Below are positions 1 through 10,417 of a stretch of 64,000 nt of DNA, one piece after another; within the stretch, counting starts at the first letter, position 1, and the number at the start of each line of letters is the position of its first letter. Under the pieces are notes generated by a model. That model searched no databases, was not told the DNA's origin, and was given only the letters and a program-made list of their open reading frames with translations. This DNA comes from Capsulimonadaceae bacterium (lineage in GTDB: Bacteria; Armatimonadota; Armatimonadia; Armatimonadales; Capsulimonadaceae). The stretch spans positions 1,472,001-1,536,000 of the forward strand of contig OZ244065.1 of assembly GCA_965215505.1 (NCBI GenBank). Direction: 5' to 3'. The position numbers were made by a program, and so were the translations under genes.

Positions 1-300
1 GCCCTGCGCCGCGCCCTGGTCCTGCGCGCCTTCAGCCGCGATGCCGTCCTGCCCCTGCCCTCCCCCGCCGTGGAGCCGCTCGGGAACGTGCCGCTGTCCG
101 AACTCCTATCCCGCTGGGACGCTTCCCGTGCCGAGATGTGCCGCGTCCTGGACTCCATGCGGCGCGACGAAGCCCGCTACTCCCACCCCGTCTTGGGGCC
201 GCTGACGGCTACGCAGATGCTGGACCTGGCACGGACTCACACGGCTTACCACGGGCGGCAGATCGAGGCGTTGCAAGGCGACACGGCGCTCCCGTCTTGA
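1..300 (+). CDS. DinB-like family protein, 5' end outside window
   Basis: Frame open from base 1; C-terminal HP-x-x-G-x-L-T...H-x-x-x-H-x-x-Q pattern (HPVLGPLT...HTAYHGRQI) typical of DinB/YfiT proteins. Confidence 0.6.
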   Translation, partial: ALRRALVLRAFSRDAVLPLPSPAVEPLGNVPLSELLSRWDASRAEMCRVLDSMRRDEARYSHPVLGPLTATQMLDLARTHTAYHGRQIEALQGDTALPS

Positions 301-319
301 TGTAGGTCACCTCCTGCCC

Positions 320-1753
320 ATGCTGGACATGACAGTCACGCTCCTCAACAAACTCCGCTGGCCCCTCTTCGCGCCCGGTGACCGTGTGCTGGTCGCAGTC
401 TCGGGCGGGCCGGACTCGCTTAGTCTTCTGCACGTCCTGTGGTCCGAGCGCGAGGCGCGGGGCCTGGCCTCCGTAGAGACGGCCCACCTGGACCACGGCC
501 TGCGCGGGGAGGAGTCGGCCCAAGAGGCGGCGTGGGTGTCCGCGTGGTGCGAGGGGCGTGGCATCCCCTGCCATGTCGGGCTGGCCGATGTGGCGGCCTT
601 AGCAGCAGAGCGCAAGATCAGCAAGCAGGAGGCGGCGCGGGCCGCGCGCTATGCGTTTCTAGAAGAGACTGCGGCTCGGGTCGGCGCGACCAAAATTGCG
701 ACGGGCCACACGCAAGGCGATCAAGTCGAGACGGTTCTGATGAACGTCCTGCGCGGGACGGGATTGGACGGCCTGCGCGGCATCCCCGAACGTCGCGGCC
801 TATGTGTGAGGCCCCTGCTTGATGTGTCTCGTGCCGAGATCGAGGAGTACTGCGCGGCCCACGGATTGGAACCCCGGCGCGACCCCTCCAACCTCTCACC
901 TGACGGCTACACCCGCAACCGTGTCCGGCTAGAGCTGCTGCCCTTGCTGGCGCGGGACTATAACCCGGCGGTGGCCGACGCCCTGCTGCGGCTGTCCGAG
1001 ATCGCCGCGCGTGACCTGGACTATCTTCAAGCGCAAGCGGACGCGGCACTTGTAGCGGCAATGGCCGTACAAAGACCGGACAAACTGGTGTTGGACGGTG
1101 CGCGCCTTCTGAAAATGCATCCTGCCCTCCTCCGCCGCGTCCTGCGCGCCGCCGTGGCGGAGGTTCGGGGGTCGGCCGAGGGCATCGCGCAACACCACAT
1201 CGAGCGGATGTGTCAGCTTCTCCTGCGTGCAGGGAACTCCGGCGGCGTCCGGATTGAGGGCCTTTTTCCAGACCCTTTTTGCGATGTCGCGCTCGTCTTT
1301 GATACCCTGACGCTGACGCCGGGGGCCGCGCCACTCCGTACAACCTCCCCCACCCTTGGCGTATCTTCCTCTCTTGCCGTTCCCGGAACGGCGGCGATTG
1401 TAGACTGGACCATACGCGCGAGTTTCGACGCCCTCCCCGGCGCGGTCGTGCTGGACGCCGATGCCGTTTCCACAGGCGATCTGACGCTCCGCAACTGGCG
1501 GCAGGGGGACCGCGTTGACCCGCTCGGCATGAGCGGACGGCACAAGAAAGTCGGCGACATCTTCACCGACGCCAAAGTGCCGCGCGCCGAGCGGCACCAT
1601 GTTCCCATCATCGCGGACGCGCGGGGGATCGTCTGGATCGTGGGGCACTGCCTGGCCGACCGGGTGAAGATCACATCGGTCACGCGGCGGCGACTGTACC
1701 TGACGGCCCACCGGGCGGGCGAGGCAGGAAACCAGGCGGGCGGCGGCGAATAG
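320..1753 (+). CDS. tilS: tRNA(Ile)-lysidine synthetase
   Basis: PP-loop [45 protein letters not shown]-terminal TilS domain; start may be 329. Confidence 0.95.
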   Translation: MLDMTVTLLNKLRWPLFAPGDRVLVAVSGGPDSLSLLHVLWSEREARGLASVETAHLDHGLRGEESAQEAAWVSAWCEGRGIPCHVGLADVAALAAERKISKQEAARAARYAFLEETAARVGATKIATGHTQGDQVETVLMNVLRGTGLDGLRGIPERRGLCVRPLLDVSRAEIEEYCAAHGLEPRRDPSNLSPDGYTRNRVRLELLPLLARDYNPAVADALLRLSEIAARDLDYLQAQADAALVAAMAVQRPDKLVLDGARLLKMHPALLRRVLRAAVAEVRGSAEGIAQHHIERMCQLLLRAGNSGGVRIEGLFPDPFCDVALVFDTLTLTPGAAPLRTTSPTLGVSSSLAVPGTAAIVDWTIRASFDALPGAVVLDADAVSTGDLTLRNWRQGDRVDPLGMSGRHKKVGDIFTDAKVPRAERHHVPIIADARGIVWIVGHCLADRVKITSVTRRRLYLTAHRAGEAGNQAGGGE

Positions 1754-1773
1754 GCAGGCGAGAAACCCTCGCC

Positions 1774-2538
1774 ATGCTTCATCTTTACCATAAGGACCGC
1801 AGGCGGCAGGCGGCGCGGGGCTTCACCCTGATCGAGCTGCTTGTCGTCATCGCCGTGATCGCCATCCTTGCCGCGTTCCTGTTCCCGGTCTTCCAGAAGG
1901 CGCGCGAGAGCGCCCGCCGGACGGCCTGCCTCAGCAATCTGAGGCAGATCGGGCTGGCGCTTGCCCAATACACACAGGACAGCGACGACACCATGCCGCC
2001 CATCGCCTATGCCGGCGGCGGCGACACGACCACCTGGCGTCAGCTCACCTGCCTCTACGCGAAGAGCGCGCGGGTCTATTCCTGCCCTTCCAATGCCTAC
2101 GGCGACGTGGCCCCCCTGGGCGACGGGGACCGGTTTTTCGTCTCCTATGGCGCGAACGACAGCGCGTTCTCGTCGGACGCCGCCGTCGTCGGGCTGGGGC
2201 AGATCGAGAACCCCGCCGGCGTCTTCCTCATCGGGGAGAGCGACGGCGGCGGGTGGAAGCTCAACAACCCGCCGAACCCGCCGCTGACGTTCCCCGACTG
2301 CGCCGAGTGCGACGTGCCGCAGGAAGGGTCACACACGGACCTGTTCGCCGGCCACTTCACCCGCAGCAACTGGCTGTTCGCGGACGGACACACCCGCGCG
2401 CTGCGCCCCACGCAGACCTGTACCGGCGAAGACATCTGGGACTTGGGCAGCAGCAACGCCGACCTGGCTTGTTCCCCCGCTTTGGTGGTGTCGCTGCGGG
2501 ACAACGAGGAGTATTGGAGCCGAGGAAACGCGCCATGA
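1774..2538 (+). CDS. Prepilin-type N-terminal cleavage/methylation protein (DUF1559 / H-X9-DG type)
   Basis: [47 protein letters not shown] and C-terminal [13 protein letters not shown]. Confidence 0.9.
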   Translation: MLHLYHKDRRRQAARGFTLIELLVVIAVIAILAAFLFPVFQKARESARRTACLSNLRQIGLALAQYTQDSDDTMPPIAYAGGGDTTTWRQLTCLYAKSARVYSCPSNAYGDVAPLGDGDRFFVSYGANDSAFSSDAAVVGLGQIENPAGVFLIGESDGGGWKLNNPPNPPLTFPDCAECDVPQEGSHTDLFAGHFTRSNWLFADGHTRALRPTQTCTGEDIWDLGSSNADLACSPALVVSLRDNEEYWSRGNAP

Positions 2539-3587
2539 GCATGATCTACGAGTGCCCGAACTGCCACACGCCGCAGGCATCGGGCCGGACGGCCTGCCGC
2601 TACTGCGGGGCGGAGTTCGACAGCGCCGTCCCAGACGACGCCTTCGTGCCCGATGGAACCGCTTCCGAGCCGCTTCCGGCGGAGCCGGCCATTGCCGCCG
2701 CGCTTGAACCCGGTCCTGTTGAATCGGCCGCCGCAGAAACCGGAGGGCCTGGGGCGGTTGTCTACGAGGCTCCGAGCGCCGAGGAGGCGGAACCCGTGGC
2801 GGCGGAACCCGTGGCGGCGGAACCCGTGGCGGCGGAACCCGTGGCGGCGGAACCCGTGGCGGCGGAACCCGTGGCGGCGGAACCCGTGGTGCAGGAAGCC
2901 GCAGTGGAAGAGGCCGAACCCCTCCCGCCCCAGGCCGAAATACCCGCGCCGCCTCTGGACGTTCCCCCGGCACCCGCCGAGACGCTGCCCTACCAGTCCT
3001 CCCCGTATCCGCCCCCCGCGTACCAGGCCGCCCCCACTGATGCCGATCCAGCCGACCCGCCCGCGCCGCAGCGACCGCCATTCGAAAAGACACTGACGCG
3101 TGCCCTGCTGGTCGCCTTCCCCATCGTCCTCGTCGTGGTGCTGGGGGCGGTCTTCTTCGCGCACAGCCTGGAATCGGGGCAGGACACGGCCCCTGCACCA
3201 CTGCCCGCCATCGTGCCTACGGCAGCCTCAACGTCTGCGGGGACGCCCGCCCCGCCGCCCTACGTCCTGAACGGGTCGGGGGCGACGACCGGGACCGAGG
3301 CAGACCCTCGGGCCAGGCAGATGGTGGGGCGCTGGGAATCCAAGAAACTCGACTTCTACGTCTTCAACGCGAACAAGACGGGGACGCGCGGCAGCCTCAC
3401 CGGCAAAGGGCCGCAGGGGACATTCCTTTGGGCTTTGGTCCAGAACCATCTGATCCTTTATGCCGACAAGCAGGAACAACTGACTTACAGCAAAGGGCCG
3501 GACGAAGACACCATGTTCCTGCGCGGCCCACGCGGCGGCAAGTACGTCCAGTACGCGCGGACCAAGGCACAGCCCGAAAGGCCCTGA
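2535..3587 (+). CDS. Membrane-anchored hypothetical protein: N-terminal zinc ribbon, Pro/Ala/Glu-rich linker, one TM helix, small C-terminal beta domain
   Basis: ATG 2535 overlaps upstream TGA (ATGA); CPNC-x10-CRYCG; hydrophobic [19 protein letters not shown]. Confidence 0.75.
   Translation: MSMIYECPNCHTPQASGRTACRYCGAEFDSAVPDDAFVPDGTASEPLPAEPAIAAALEPGPVESAAAETGGPGAVVYEAPSAEEAEPVAAEPVAAEPVAAEPVAAEPVAAEPVAAEPVVQEAAVEEAEPLPPQAEIPAPPLDVPPAPAETLPYQSSPYPPPAYQAAPTDADPADPPAPQRPPFEKTLTRALLVAFPIVLVVVLGAVFFAHSLESGQDTAPAPLPAIVPTAASTSAGTPAPPPYVLNGSGATTGTEADPRARQMVGRWESKKLDFYVFNANKTGTRGSLTGKGPQGTFLWALVQNHLILYADKQEQLTYSKGPDEDTMFLRGPRGGKYVQYARTKAQPERP
2786..2889 (+). repeat. 15-bp coding tandem repeat GGCGGAACCCGTGGC, about 7 copies (AEPVA)
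   Basis: Read directly from the sequence; copies are identical. Confidence 0.95.
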
Positions 3588-3589
3588 CC

Positions 3590-5158
3590 TTACCAGCCGT
3601 CTTGCCACTTCTTCACGTCGTAGCCCTTGAAGCCGTAACAGCGGACGACCTGGATGGTGCGGATGGGGGCCGCATAGGGCGGGTTGCGGGAAACCAGCAG
3701 GGGCGGCTGCGGCTCGACGCGGGTGAAGACGGCGCGCAGGTCATCGAAGTGGTCCTGGTTGTCCGTGTCGTTCAGGAAGACGGCGTCGCGGCCTTTGAGC
3801 GCGTCGGGGTCTTCCCAGAACATGTACTCGCTGGCTTTGTAGTTCAGGAACAGGGAATACGTCTGCGGCCGGCCCGGCAGATAGAAAGCCGCCTCGGACG
3901 GCATCCGGTAGTTGATGCCGAAGACGAACGGATCGCCCCCGATCGCCGCCCGTTCCTGACGGACGCGCTGCCCCAGCGCCCGCCAGCCGTACAGCTCGTT
4001 CGTGCGGTCGTCAGTCGCCTTGGGGAACTTGACGCCGACGCCGTAGAGGAGGCCGGGAAAGAGCGCGACCAGGGCCAGGACGGCGGCCAGGCCGACGCTC
4101 AGGCCGACCCACGCCCCCCCCGCCGCCGACCGCCGCTCCCAGACCCGGACGAAGACGGCGGCGACGAGGATGACGCCGGTGACATAGGCGTCTACCGCCC
4201 AGTTCCCCTCCACCTTGCTCCGCAGGGCCGTCACGAGGGTGGCCGAGAAGGCGATCAGGCTCGGGCACCACAAATACAAATAAGCGTCGTCCTGCTCTTT
4301 AACGCCGCGCCGCGCCCCGTCGTATAGGGTATAGAGGTAGGCCAGAAAGACGGACGGCGAAAGCAGCAGGGCCTGATCCCCCAGAAACCGCAGCACCCAC
4401 TTCGGCCCGTCATGCCCCGACCCGCGCGAGGCCATCGCGTGCGCGTGTATCCAGAAGGCGTTCTGGTGCGTGTGGTTCCACCAGACGAAGGGCGCGAAGA
4501 CGAGCAATGCGACCAGACCAGCCACATACGGCTCCGGGCGGCGCAGCCACCGGGCGCGCGCCATCGGGGACAGCAGCACATAGAGGAAGACGCCCGGCAG
4601 GAGGGCCAGCGCGTTCAGCTTGGCCTGCGCCGCCAGCCCGGCCAGCACGCCCGCCCCGAGCCACCAGGACCAGTGTGGCCGGTCCGTCAGCGCGCGCCGG
4701 ACGACGTACAGGGCGGCGGCCCAGAAGGCGATCTGGACGGGGTCCTGAGTCATGATGACCGACCCGGCGGCGAACAGCGGGATGACGTTGGCGAGGACGA
4801 CCGAGACGACCGCAACGGCCGGCCCGAACAAACGCCTCGCCAGCAGATAGACGAAGACGGAAATCAGCAGCGCGCAGACGCTCGCGCCCGCCCGGACTCC
4901 GAGTTCCGTCTGCCCGAACAAGCCCGTGAAGAGACGGATGACCGGGGCCATCAGCGGTGTGTTGTCGTAGTAGCCCCAGTCGAGGTGCCGCGACCACTGC
5001 CAGTAGTACGCCTCGTCCTGAAGCAGCTCGTGCTGCGCGTCGTACCAGAAGCGGAACAGGGTCAGAACGGCCAGCAAGCCACCCGTCGCGTAGTCGATGC
5101 GGCGGGTGGCTTGTGGAGCCGGGACATGGTTATCGGGTTGCGGTTCGGTGATGTTCAA
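3590..5158 (-). CDS. GT-C fold glycosyltransferase (ArnT/PMT-like)
   Basis: DEAYYWQWSRHLDWGYYD..P motif and many TM segments; TTG start at 5158 overlaps upstream TGA. Confidence 0.85.
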   Translation of the reverse strand: MNITEPQPDNHVPAPQATRRIDYATGGLLAVLTLFRFWYDAQHELLQDEAYYWQWSRHLDWGYYDNTPLMAPVIRLFTGLFGQTELGVRAGASVCALLISVFVYLLARRLFGPAVAVVSVVLANVIPLFAAGSVIMTQDPVQIAFWAAALYVVRRALTDRPHWSWWLGAGVLAGLAAQAKLNALALLPGVFLYVLLSPMARARWLRRPEPYVAGLVALLVFAPFVWWNHTHQNAFWIHAHAMASRGSGHDGPKWVLRFLGDQALLLSPSVFLAYLYTLYDGARRGVKEQDDAYLYLWCPSLIAFSATLVTALRSKVEGNWAVDAYVTGVILVAAVFVRVWERRSAAGGAWVGLSVGLAAVLALVALFPGLLYGVGVKFPKATDDRTNELYGWRALGQRVRQERAAIGGDPFVFGINYRMPSEAAFYLPGRPQTYSLFLNYKASEYMFWEDPDALKGRDAVFLNDTDNQDHFDDLRAVFTRVEPQPPLLVSRNPPYAAPIRTIQVVRCYGFKGYDVKKWQDGW

Positions 5159-5877
5159 ATCTTGAAAAGCGCGTCGCTCACGGGCTGGTTCACCCGGACG
5201 TTCTGGTACACCGTCGCGCCGGCCAGCTTGTTCGCCGTGTTGTACAGTTCGACGCGGGTGGGGACGTAGATGCCGGGGGCCACCAGGACCGGGTTCTTGT
5301 AAAGGAACCACTTCACCAGCTTGCCGTCCCGGTCGTAATTATACCTCTGGGCGGTGATGTGCGTCTTGGGGTCGATCCAGACCAGGTCCTTTTCGGTTTC
5401 CCCCGCCTGCTTCGGCTGGAGCTGGAAGCATAACAGGCCGTTCTCGGTCCGCAGGAACGTGGCGTTGTAGTCGGTCAGCAGTTCGGGCGGGACCAGCCCG
5501 AAGTCCAGAAGCGTCTGGCGCTTGCCGGGTGCCCCGGTCGTGTCCTGCTTCTTGTGGACGAACGGGGCGACGGTCAGCTTCATGTTGCCGTTGATCACAT
5601 AGTACCCCGTCGCGAGGTGCGGGATGCTCGCCTCGATCCGCAGCTTGCCGGGCTGCTCGTAGACCATCGAGCCGCGGTGCAGGCGGTAGGCGAGCGAGAT
5701 GTCGCCGCTGATCTTCTTCAGCTCGTCCTGGTTCTCGGTGACGATCTCGCTGCTCGCCTGGAGCGTCTTGACGTTATCGGACGTCAGCGTCCGGATGTCC
5801 GGGGCGGCCTGCGCGGCGGCGGCGGTGGTCAGGGCGAGCGCAGCGGAGAGAATATATTGTGTGAGGCGGGAGGCCAT
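5155..5877 (-). CDS. Secreted LolA-like / lipoprotein-sorting fold protein
   Basis: Signal peptide (AAAQA); YEQPGKLRIE; LVWIDPK; C-terminal NVRVNQPVSDALF; GAGGAG upstream of 5877 (alternative start 5895). Confidence 0.65.
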   Translation of the reverse strand: MASRLTQYILSAALALTTAAAAQAAPDIRTLTSDNVKTLQASSEIVTENQDELKKISGDISLAYRLHRGSMVYEQPGKLRIEASIPHLATGYYVINGNMKLTVAPFVHKKQDTTGAPGKRQTLLDFGLVPPELLTDYNATFLRTENGLLCFQLQPKQAGETEKDLVWIDPKTHITAQRYNYDRDGKLVKWFLYKNPVLVAPGIYVPTRVELYNTANKLAGATVYQNVRVNQPVSDALFKI

Positions 5878-6012
5878 CGGGAGTTTTCTCCTCATGTTCG
5901 GTGTTTACATTGTATACGACACGCGAGGGGGCGGATTGGTTCCCGGACGGGTCTGGCCGGCGTCGGCGCAGGCGCCGACACTCAATCTTTTCAGGGACTT
6001 TCACAGCAAATC

Positions 6013-8439
6013 ATGATGGATACACACGCACTGCGCGTCTTGGAATTCGACGCGATCCGAAAACAACTGAGCGACCAGACCGCCTGCTCGCTGGGCCGCG
6101 AGCGGGCCGAGGCGATGATGCCCTCGGACTGGCTGCCGCAGGCGCAGGCGCGGCTCGACGAGACGACCGAGTGCCGGACGCTCATCGCCGCCAAGGGCAA
6201 CCTGCCACTCGGCGGCGTCTCCGACATCCGGCCCCTGCTGAAGTCGGCGGAGATCGGCGCGACTCTGGAGCCGCACGGTCTGCTCGACGTGCTGAACGTC
6301 GCCGCCGCCTCCCGCTCGCTCAAGCTGTTCCTGCAAAAGCTGGCCCAGGACTATCCCATCATGGCCGACCGGGCGGGCGGGCTGGGGCAGTTCCCCTCAC
6401 TCGAGTCCGAGATCAACGCCAGCATCGGCATCAACGGCCTCGTGCTGGACTCGGCCTCGCCGGAACTCGCCCGCATCCGCAGCCAGCGCAAGGTGTCCTC
6501 GGCGCGGATGATGGACCGGCTGAACGGCATCCTCAGCTCCATGCGGACGATGCTGCAAGACCCCGTCATCGTCCAGCGCGGCGACCGCTACTGCGTCCCC
6601 GTCAAGGCCGACCACCGGGGGGCGTTCGGCGGCATCGTCCACGACACCTCCGCCTCGGGCGCGACTCTGTTCATGGAGCCGCAGGTCGTCGTTGACCTGG
6701 GCAACGAGATCAAGGAGCTGACCATCAAGGAGGAGCAGGAGGTCCAGCGCATCCTGCGCCGCCTGACCGAGAGCGTCGCCCGCGTCGCGACCGCCCTTCA
6801 AGTGACCATCGAGACATTGGGCGAGATTGACTACATCGCCGCCCGCGCCAAACTCGCCGTCGTGCATGACTCCATCGAGCCGACCTTGAACAAGGACGGC
6901 CTGACGCGCCTGCTGTCCGCCCGGCACCCCTTAATTGACCCCAAGAAGGTCGTCGCCATTGACATCGAGTTGGGGACGCCGACGAACCACGTCCTGCTGA
7001 TCACCGGCCCGAACACGGGTGGCAAGACGGTCAGCCTCAAGACGACCGGCCTGCTGACATTGATGGCCCAATGCGGCCTGCACGTCCCCGCCGCGCGGGC
7101 CGAGGTGAACGTCTTCGATCAGGTCTTCGCCGACATCGGCGACGAGCAGAGCCTCCAGCAGTCCTTGTCCACGTTCTCCGGCCACGTCAGCAACATCGTC
7201 CGCATTCTCAGAGACCTGCGGCGCAATGCCCTCGTCCTGCTGGATGAGGTCGGTGCCGGCACCGATCCCGGCGAGGGCGCTTCGCTGGCCCGCGCCCTGC
7301 TGGACCACCTGCGCGCGAAAGAGGCCCGCGTCATCGCGACCAGCCACTACGGTGAGCTGAAGACCTACGCCTTCGTCACCGAGGGCGTCCAGAACGCCTC
7401 CGTCGAGTTCGATGAGCAGACGCTTTCGCCGACCTACCGCCTGCTGCAAGGCATCCCCGGCTCCTCCAACGCCTTCGCCATCGCGGGCCGTTTGGGGATG
7501 CCCGAGAGCGTCCTGGACGACGCCCGCGCGGCCCTGACCGGCACCGATGAGACGGCGGACTTATTGCGCGAACTGGAAGAAGGGCGGCGTCAGGCCGTGT
7601 CCGAGGGGCGCGGGGCGGAGCAGGCGCGCGTCGAGGCGCAGATGATCAAGCGCCGCTACGCCGAGGAACTTTCCAATCTGGAAGCCCTGCGCCGCGAGGC
7701 CCGGCAGAAAGCCCAGGAAGAAGCGCGCGTCCTGCTGAAGCGCGCGCAGGACAAGCTGGACAACACCCTGTCCGAGCTGCGCCGCGTCAACGCCGAGGGC
7801 CGGCAGACCGAGCGCGCCCGGCAGAAGATCAAGGACATCGGCAGCGACCTCCAGGCCGCCATCCAGGACCGCCTGACCGCCGACCAGCCCACCCTCATCG
7901 AGTCCGTCCCCGACCGGCCCCTGCGCCGGGGCGACAAGGTCCGCATCACGACGTTGGGCATGGCCGGGGAGCTTCTGGAAGACGCCGACGGTGACTCGAC
8001 CGTCCCCGTCCAAGTCGGGGCCATGCGCGTCTCCGTCCCGCCCTCCACGCTGCTGCTGCTGGGCAAAGAGGACATCCCCAAGCCGTCCGCCCCGAAGACC
8101 AGCACTGCCCCACCGCGTGACCGGCCCAAGGACGAGGGCAACGGCAAGGACGGCGACACGCCCTCCTTCTCCATGCAGAAGACATTAGCGATCACGCCCC
8201 AGCTCACCCTGCTCGGCCAGCGCGCCGATGAGGCCGTCCAGAACGTCGAGAAGTATTTGGATGACGCCTACGCCGCCGGCCTCAGCCGCGCCCGTCTGGT
8301 GCATGGCAAGGGGACGGGTGCTTTGCGCCGCGCCGTGCAGGAGTACCTGTCGGGGCATCCCCTGGTGGACGACTTCGCCACCGCCGACCCCGAAGAGGGC
8401 GGCGCAGGCGCGACCGTGGTGACGCTGCGGGCGACGTGA
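6013..8439 (+). CDS. mutS2: Endonuclease MutS2
   Basis: LRVLEF N-terminus, GIVHDTSASGATLFMEP, Walker A ITGPNTGGKT, DIGDEQSLQQSLSTFSGH, Smr domain HGKGTGALR...GGAGATVV; ORF-track start 5554 is over-extended. Confidence 0.95.
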   Translation: MMDTHALRVLEFDAIRKQLSDQTACSLGRERAEAMMPSDWLPQAQARLDETTECRTLIAAKGNLPLGGVSDIRPLLKSAEIGATLEPHGLLDVLNVAAASRSLKLFLQKLAQDYPIMADRAGGLGQFPSLESEINASIGINGLVLDSASPELARIRSQRKVSSARMMDRLNGILSSMRTMLQDPVIVQRGDRYCVPVKADHRGAFGGIVHDTSASGATLFMEPQVVVDLGNEIKELTIKEEQEVQRILRRLTESVARVATALQVTIETLGEIDYIAARAKLAVVHDSIEPTLNKDGLTRLLSARHPLIDPKKVVAIDIELGTPTNHVLLITGPNTGGKTVSLKTTGLLTLMAQCGLHVPAARAEVNVFDQVFADIGDEQSLQQSLSTFSGHVSNIVRILRDLRRNALVLLDEVGAGTDPGEGASLARALLDHLRAKEARVIATSHYGELKTYAFVTEGVQNASVEFDEQTLSPTYRLLQGIPGSSNAFAIAGRLGMPESVLDDARAALTGTDETADLLRELEEGRRQAVSEGRGAEQARVEAQMIKRRYAEELSNLEALRREARQKAQEEARVLLKRAQDKLDNTLSELRRVNAEGRQTERARQKIKDIGSDLQAAIQDRLTADQPTLIESVPDRPLRRGDKVRITTLGMAGELLEDADGDSTVPVQVGAMRVSVPPSTLLLLGKEDIPKPSAPKTSTAPPRDRPKDEGNGKDGDTPSFSMQKTLAITPQLTLLGQRADEAVQNVEKYLDDAYAAGLSRARLVHGKGTGALRRAVQEYLSGHPLVDDFATADPEEGGAGATVVTLRAT

Positions 8440-8625
8440 GGCTCTCGGGTATAATGGCCGCAGGTCCGAAACGTCAAGGGCGTATTGGCGGGGGACTTCC
8501 AGAACCTTTTAGGGTTAGGAAGGTACATCTGGCGTCGAACATACAACCCCATAAACGCCAACCGTCTCAGGGTTGTCGTGCGGCTTTGGAGCAGGTAGCA
8601 CTTCTACCCCATCCAATATGTAGCA

Positions 8626-9237
8626 TCATCCTTTCACCAAATCTTTGATTATTATCCGTGAAGCTATCAGATACTGTTTAACCAAGATAGGGTGACGACG
8701 GTTGGATAACAGAAGCACAGATGGAGTAATGGAGCTAGCAAAAGCTCCATAATGCCGCTGAACTACTGGCTTGTATTTTCGCGCTGTATCCGGGGTATTA
8801 TGCGCGATGTGGTTTCGGACACGGCGCATGTCGTCAATCAATGTCGCATGGCGATCAAAAACGGTAATCAAATTTTCAGTCGTTGGTAGCAGATATCTGA
8901 CGTTGTTTCTAATTTCAACCGCTTGGTTCCACTTAATTTTGTACGCTTGTAGGGGAGTAGCACGACCGTAGTTAGCTATGTTGGTGGACGCCATTCGCAT
9001 GCTGCGACAACGCACAGCTATAGTTGGAATGGTATTGTCCAAATACATGGCACCGCATAAGACCTTCAGCGTTATTGACTGAAAGTGTTCTTCCAGCAGT
9101 GAGAACAATCTTATCATGACTAATTCAGCTGCCATTTTTTGATAGCGTGGATCAAGAGAAGTCATGTTATCTACTAAATCCATGAGCCGTTCGCTTTCCG
9201 CCCGCTGCTGGCGGACGTTGACGTCCAGACGATGCAT
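8626..9237 (-). CDS. HEPN-like protein (putative RNase)
   Basis: N-terminal IRLFSLLEEHF and C-terminal R-x4-H motif (RNHIAH); predicted helical; AT-rich. Confidence 0.65.
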   Translation of the reverse strand: MHRLDVNVRQQRAESERLMDLVDNMTSLDPRYQKMAAELVMIRLFSLLEEHFQSITLKVLCGAMYLDNTIPTIAVRCRSMRMASTNIANYGRATPLQAYKIKWNQAVEIRNNVRYLLPTTENLITVFDRHATLIDDMRRVRNHIAHNTPDTARKYKPVVQRHYGAFASSITPSVLLLSNRRHPILVKQYLIASRIIIKDLVKG

Positions 9238-9244
9238 ATGGCGT

Positions 9245-10246
9245 TCAGATACCTAAATAAGATCTCAGATAAGCGTCGCGTAAACTCCTTGACTTAATCC
9301 GGTGAGGATTAGAGCTGCAAGCTACATAGAAATCTGCATCATCTTTTGGCCTTTCTGATATAGGCGTGTCAGATTCAAATATTTCATCGACAATAAACAA
9401 AGCATCTTCGATCTGACTTGTTCCTAGCCGCGCTTTGGCTAGAATCAAAAAGAGACTGAAAAAGATAGGTGAACGTGAGAATATTGTATCGCGGATAGCC
9501 CCAATGGGTAATGAGACGATTTTGTTAAACGTCTCGTTGAGTACAGTCTGAATAGCTTGCCGTTCAGCAAAGTCTTCGTCATACTTCTTGTATGTATCAT
9601 CAATTTGTTTCGCGCTATAATCTTGCAGGCCGTATAGAAGATTTACCACAAGTTCTGACGTGAACTGAACCTCGGTCATTCGAGCAATATCATTGGCGGA
9701 GAACAAGTTGAAGTCCCTCCACAATTGGAGACGAACGGATGACTCCTTCAAGCAAAATTGTTTGAATTCTCCACTATAAGCTGCATTCCTTTTCTCCTGT
9801 GGATTTAGAGTTTTGCTTACAGAGTTCAGCCGTCCGAACATTTCTATAACATCACTGTCGGACGCACCAATTAGGTAGCCCACCGACAAAGATGTCATCA
9901 GAAAGTTTCTCTTTTCAGAAGATGTTAAATGTTCATACTTCACCGGGCGCTCATGGTTCGGATGTCGAGCCGCGTAGTGTCCCTCAGAGTATTCGATGAT
10001 GGATCTGAGACGTTGTTGTCCATCAACAACTTCTTTGATACTTTTTTCGTTTTCCAAATCCAAGAAATGTCTGATGTACAACGAGGGTACAGGCTGCTTT
10101 TCTAAGATTGTATTAATGAGGTAGGCCTTTTGGGGACGATTCCACACAGAACGCCGCTGATACCAAGGACTAAGATTCAATTCATCAAGTCTAGCAAGGT
10201 TAAGAATGTCTTGAATTACATGTGTTTGGTAATCAACTCGGTCCAT
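9245..10246 (-). CDS. DUF262 (ParB-like / GmrSD N-terminal) domain protein
   Basis: PWYQRRSVW...LINTIL...PVPSLY, VVDGQQRL, FGRLN...LNPQEKRNA motifs; AT-rich. Confidence 0.88.
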   Translation of the reverse strand: MDRVDYQTHVIQDILNLARLDELNLSPWYQRRSVWNRPQKAYLINTILEKQPVPSLYIRHFLDLENEKSIKEVVDGQQRLRSIIEYSEGHYAARHPNHERPVKYEHLTSSEKRNFLMTSLSVGYLIGASDSDVIEMFGRLNSVSKTLNPQEKRNAAYSGEFKQFCLKESSVRLQLWRDFNLFSANDIARMTEVQFTSELVVNLLYGLQDYSAKQIDDTYKKYDEDFAERQAIQTVLNETFNKIVSLPIGAIRDTIFSRSPIFFSLFLILAKARLGTSQIEDALFIVDEIFESDTPISERPKDDADFYVACSSNPHRIKSRSLRDAYLRSYLGI

Positions 10247-10417
10247 AAGGAATGCCTTTCAGTGTTATAATAGAACGTATTCTGCATCTGTTGTGATGCA
10301 TGTTGAAGAAGATTCGCCACGACAGCGTTACAATCCTGTGCTTTCGCAACATAATTGTCAACATTCTCTCGGCATCGTCATATATCACCGGTTGCGGATA
10401 ATCATTCCACAAGAAAT

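Noticed and set aside
5554-6012. 153-aa N-terminal extension of MutS2 in the ORF track
   Set aside because: Overlaps the opposite-strand gene; family-like sequence begins at 6013
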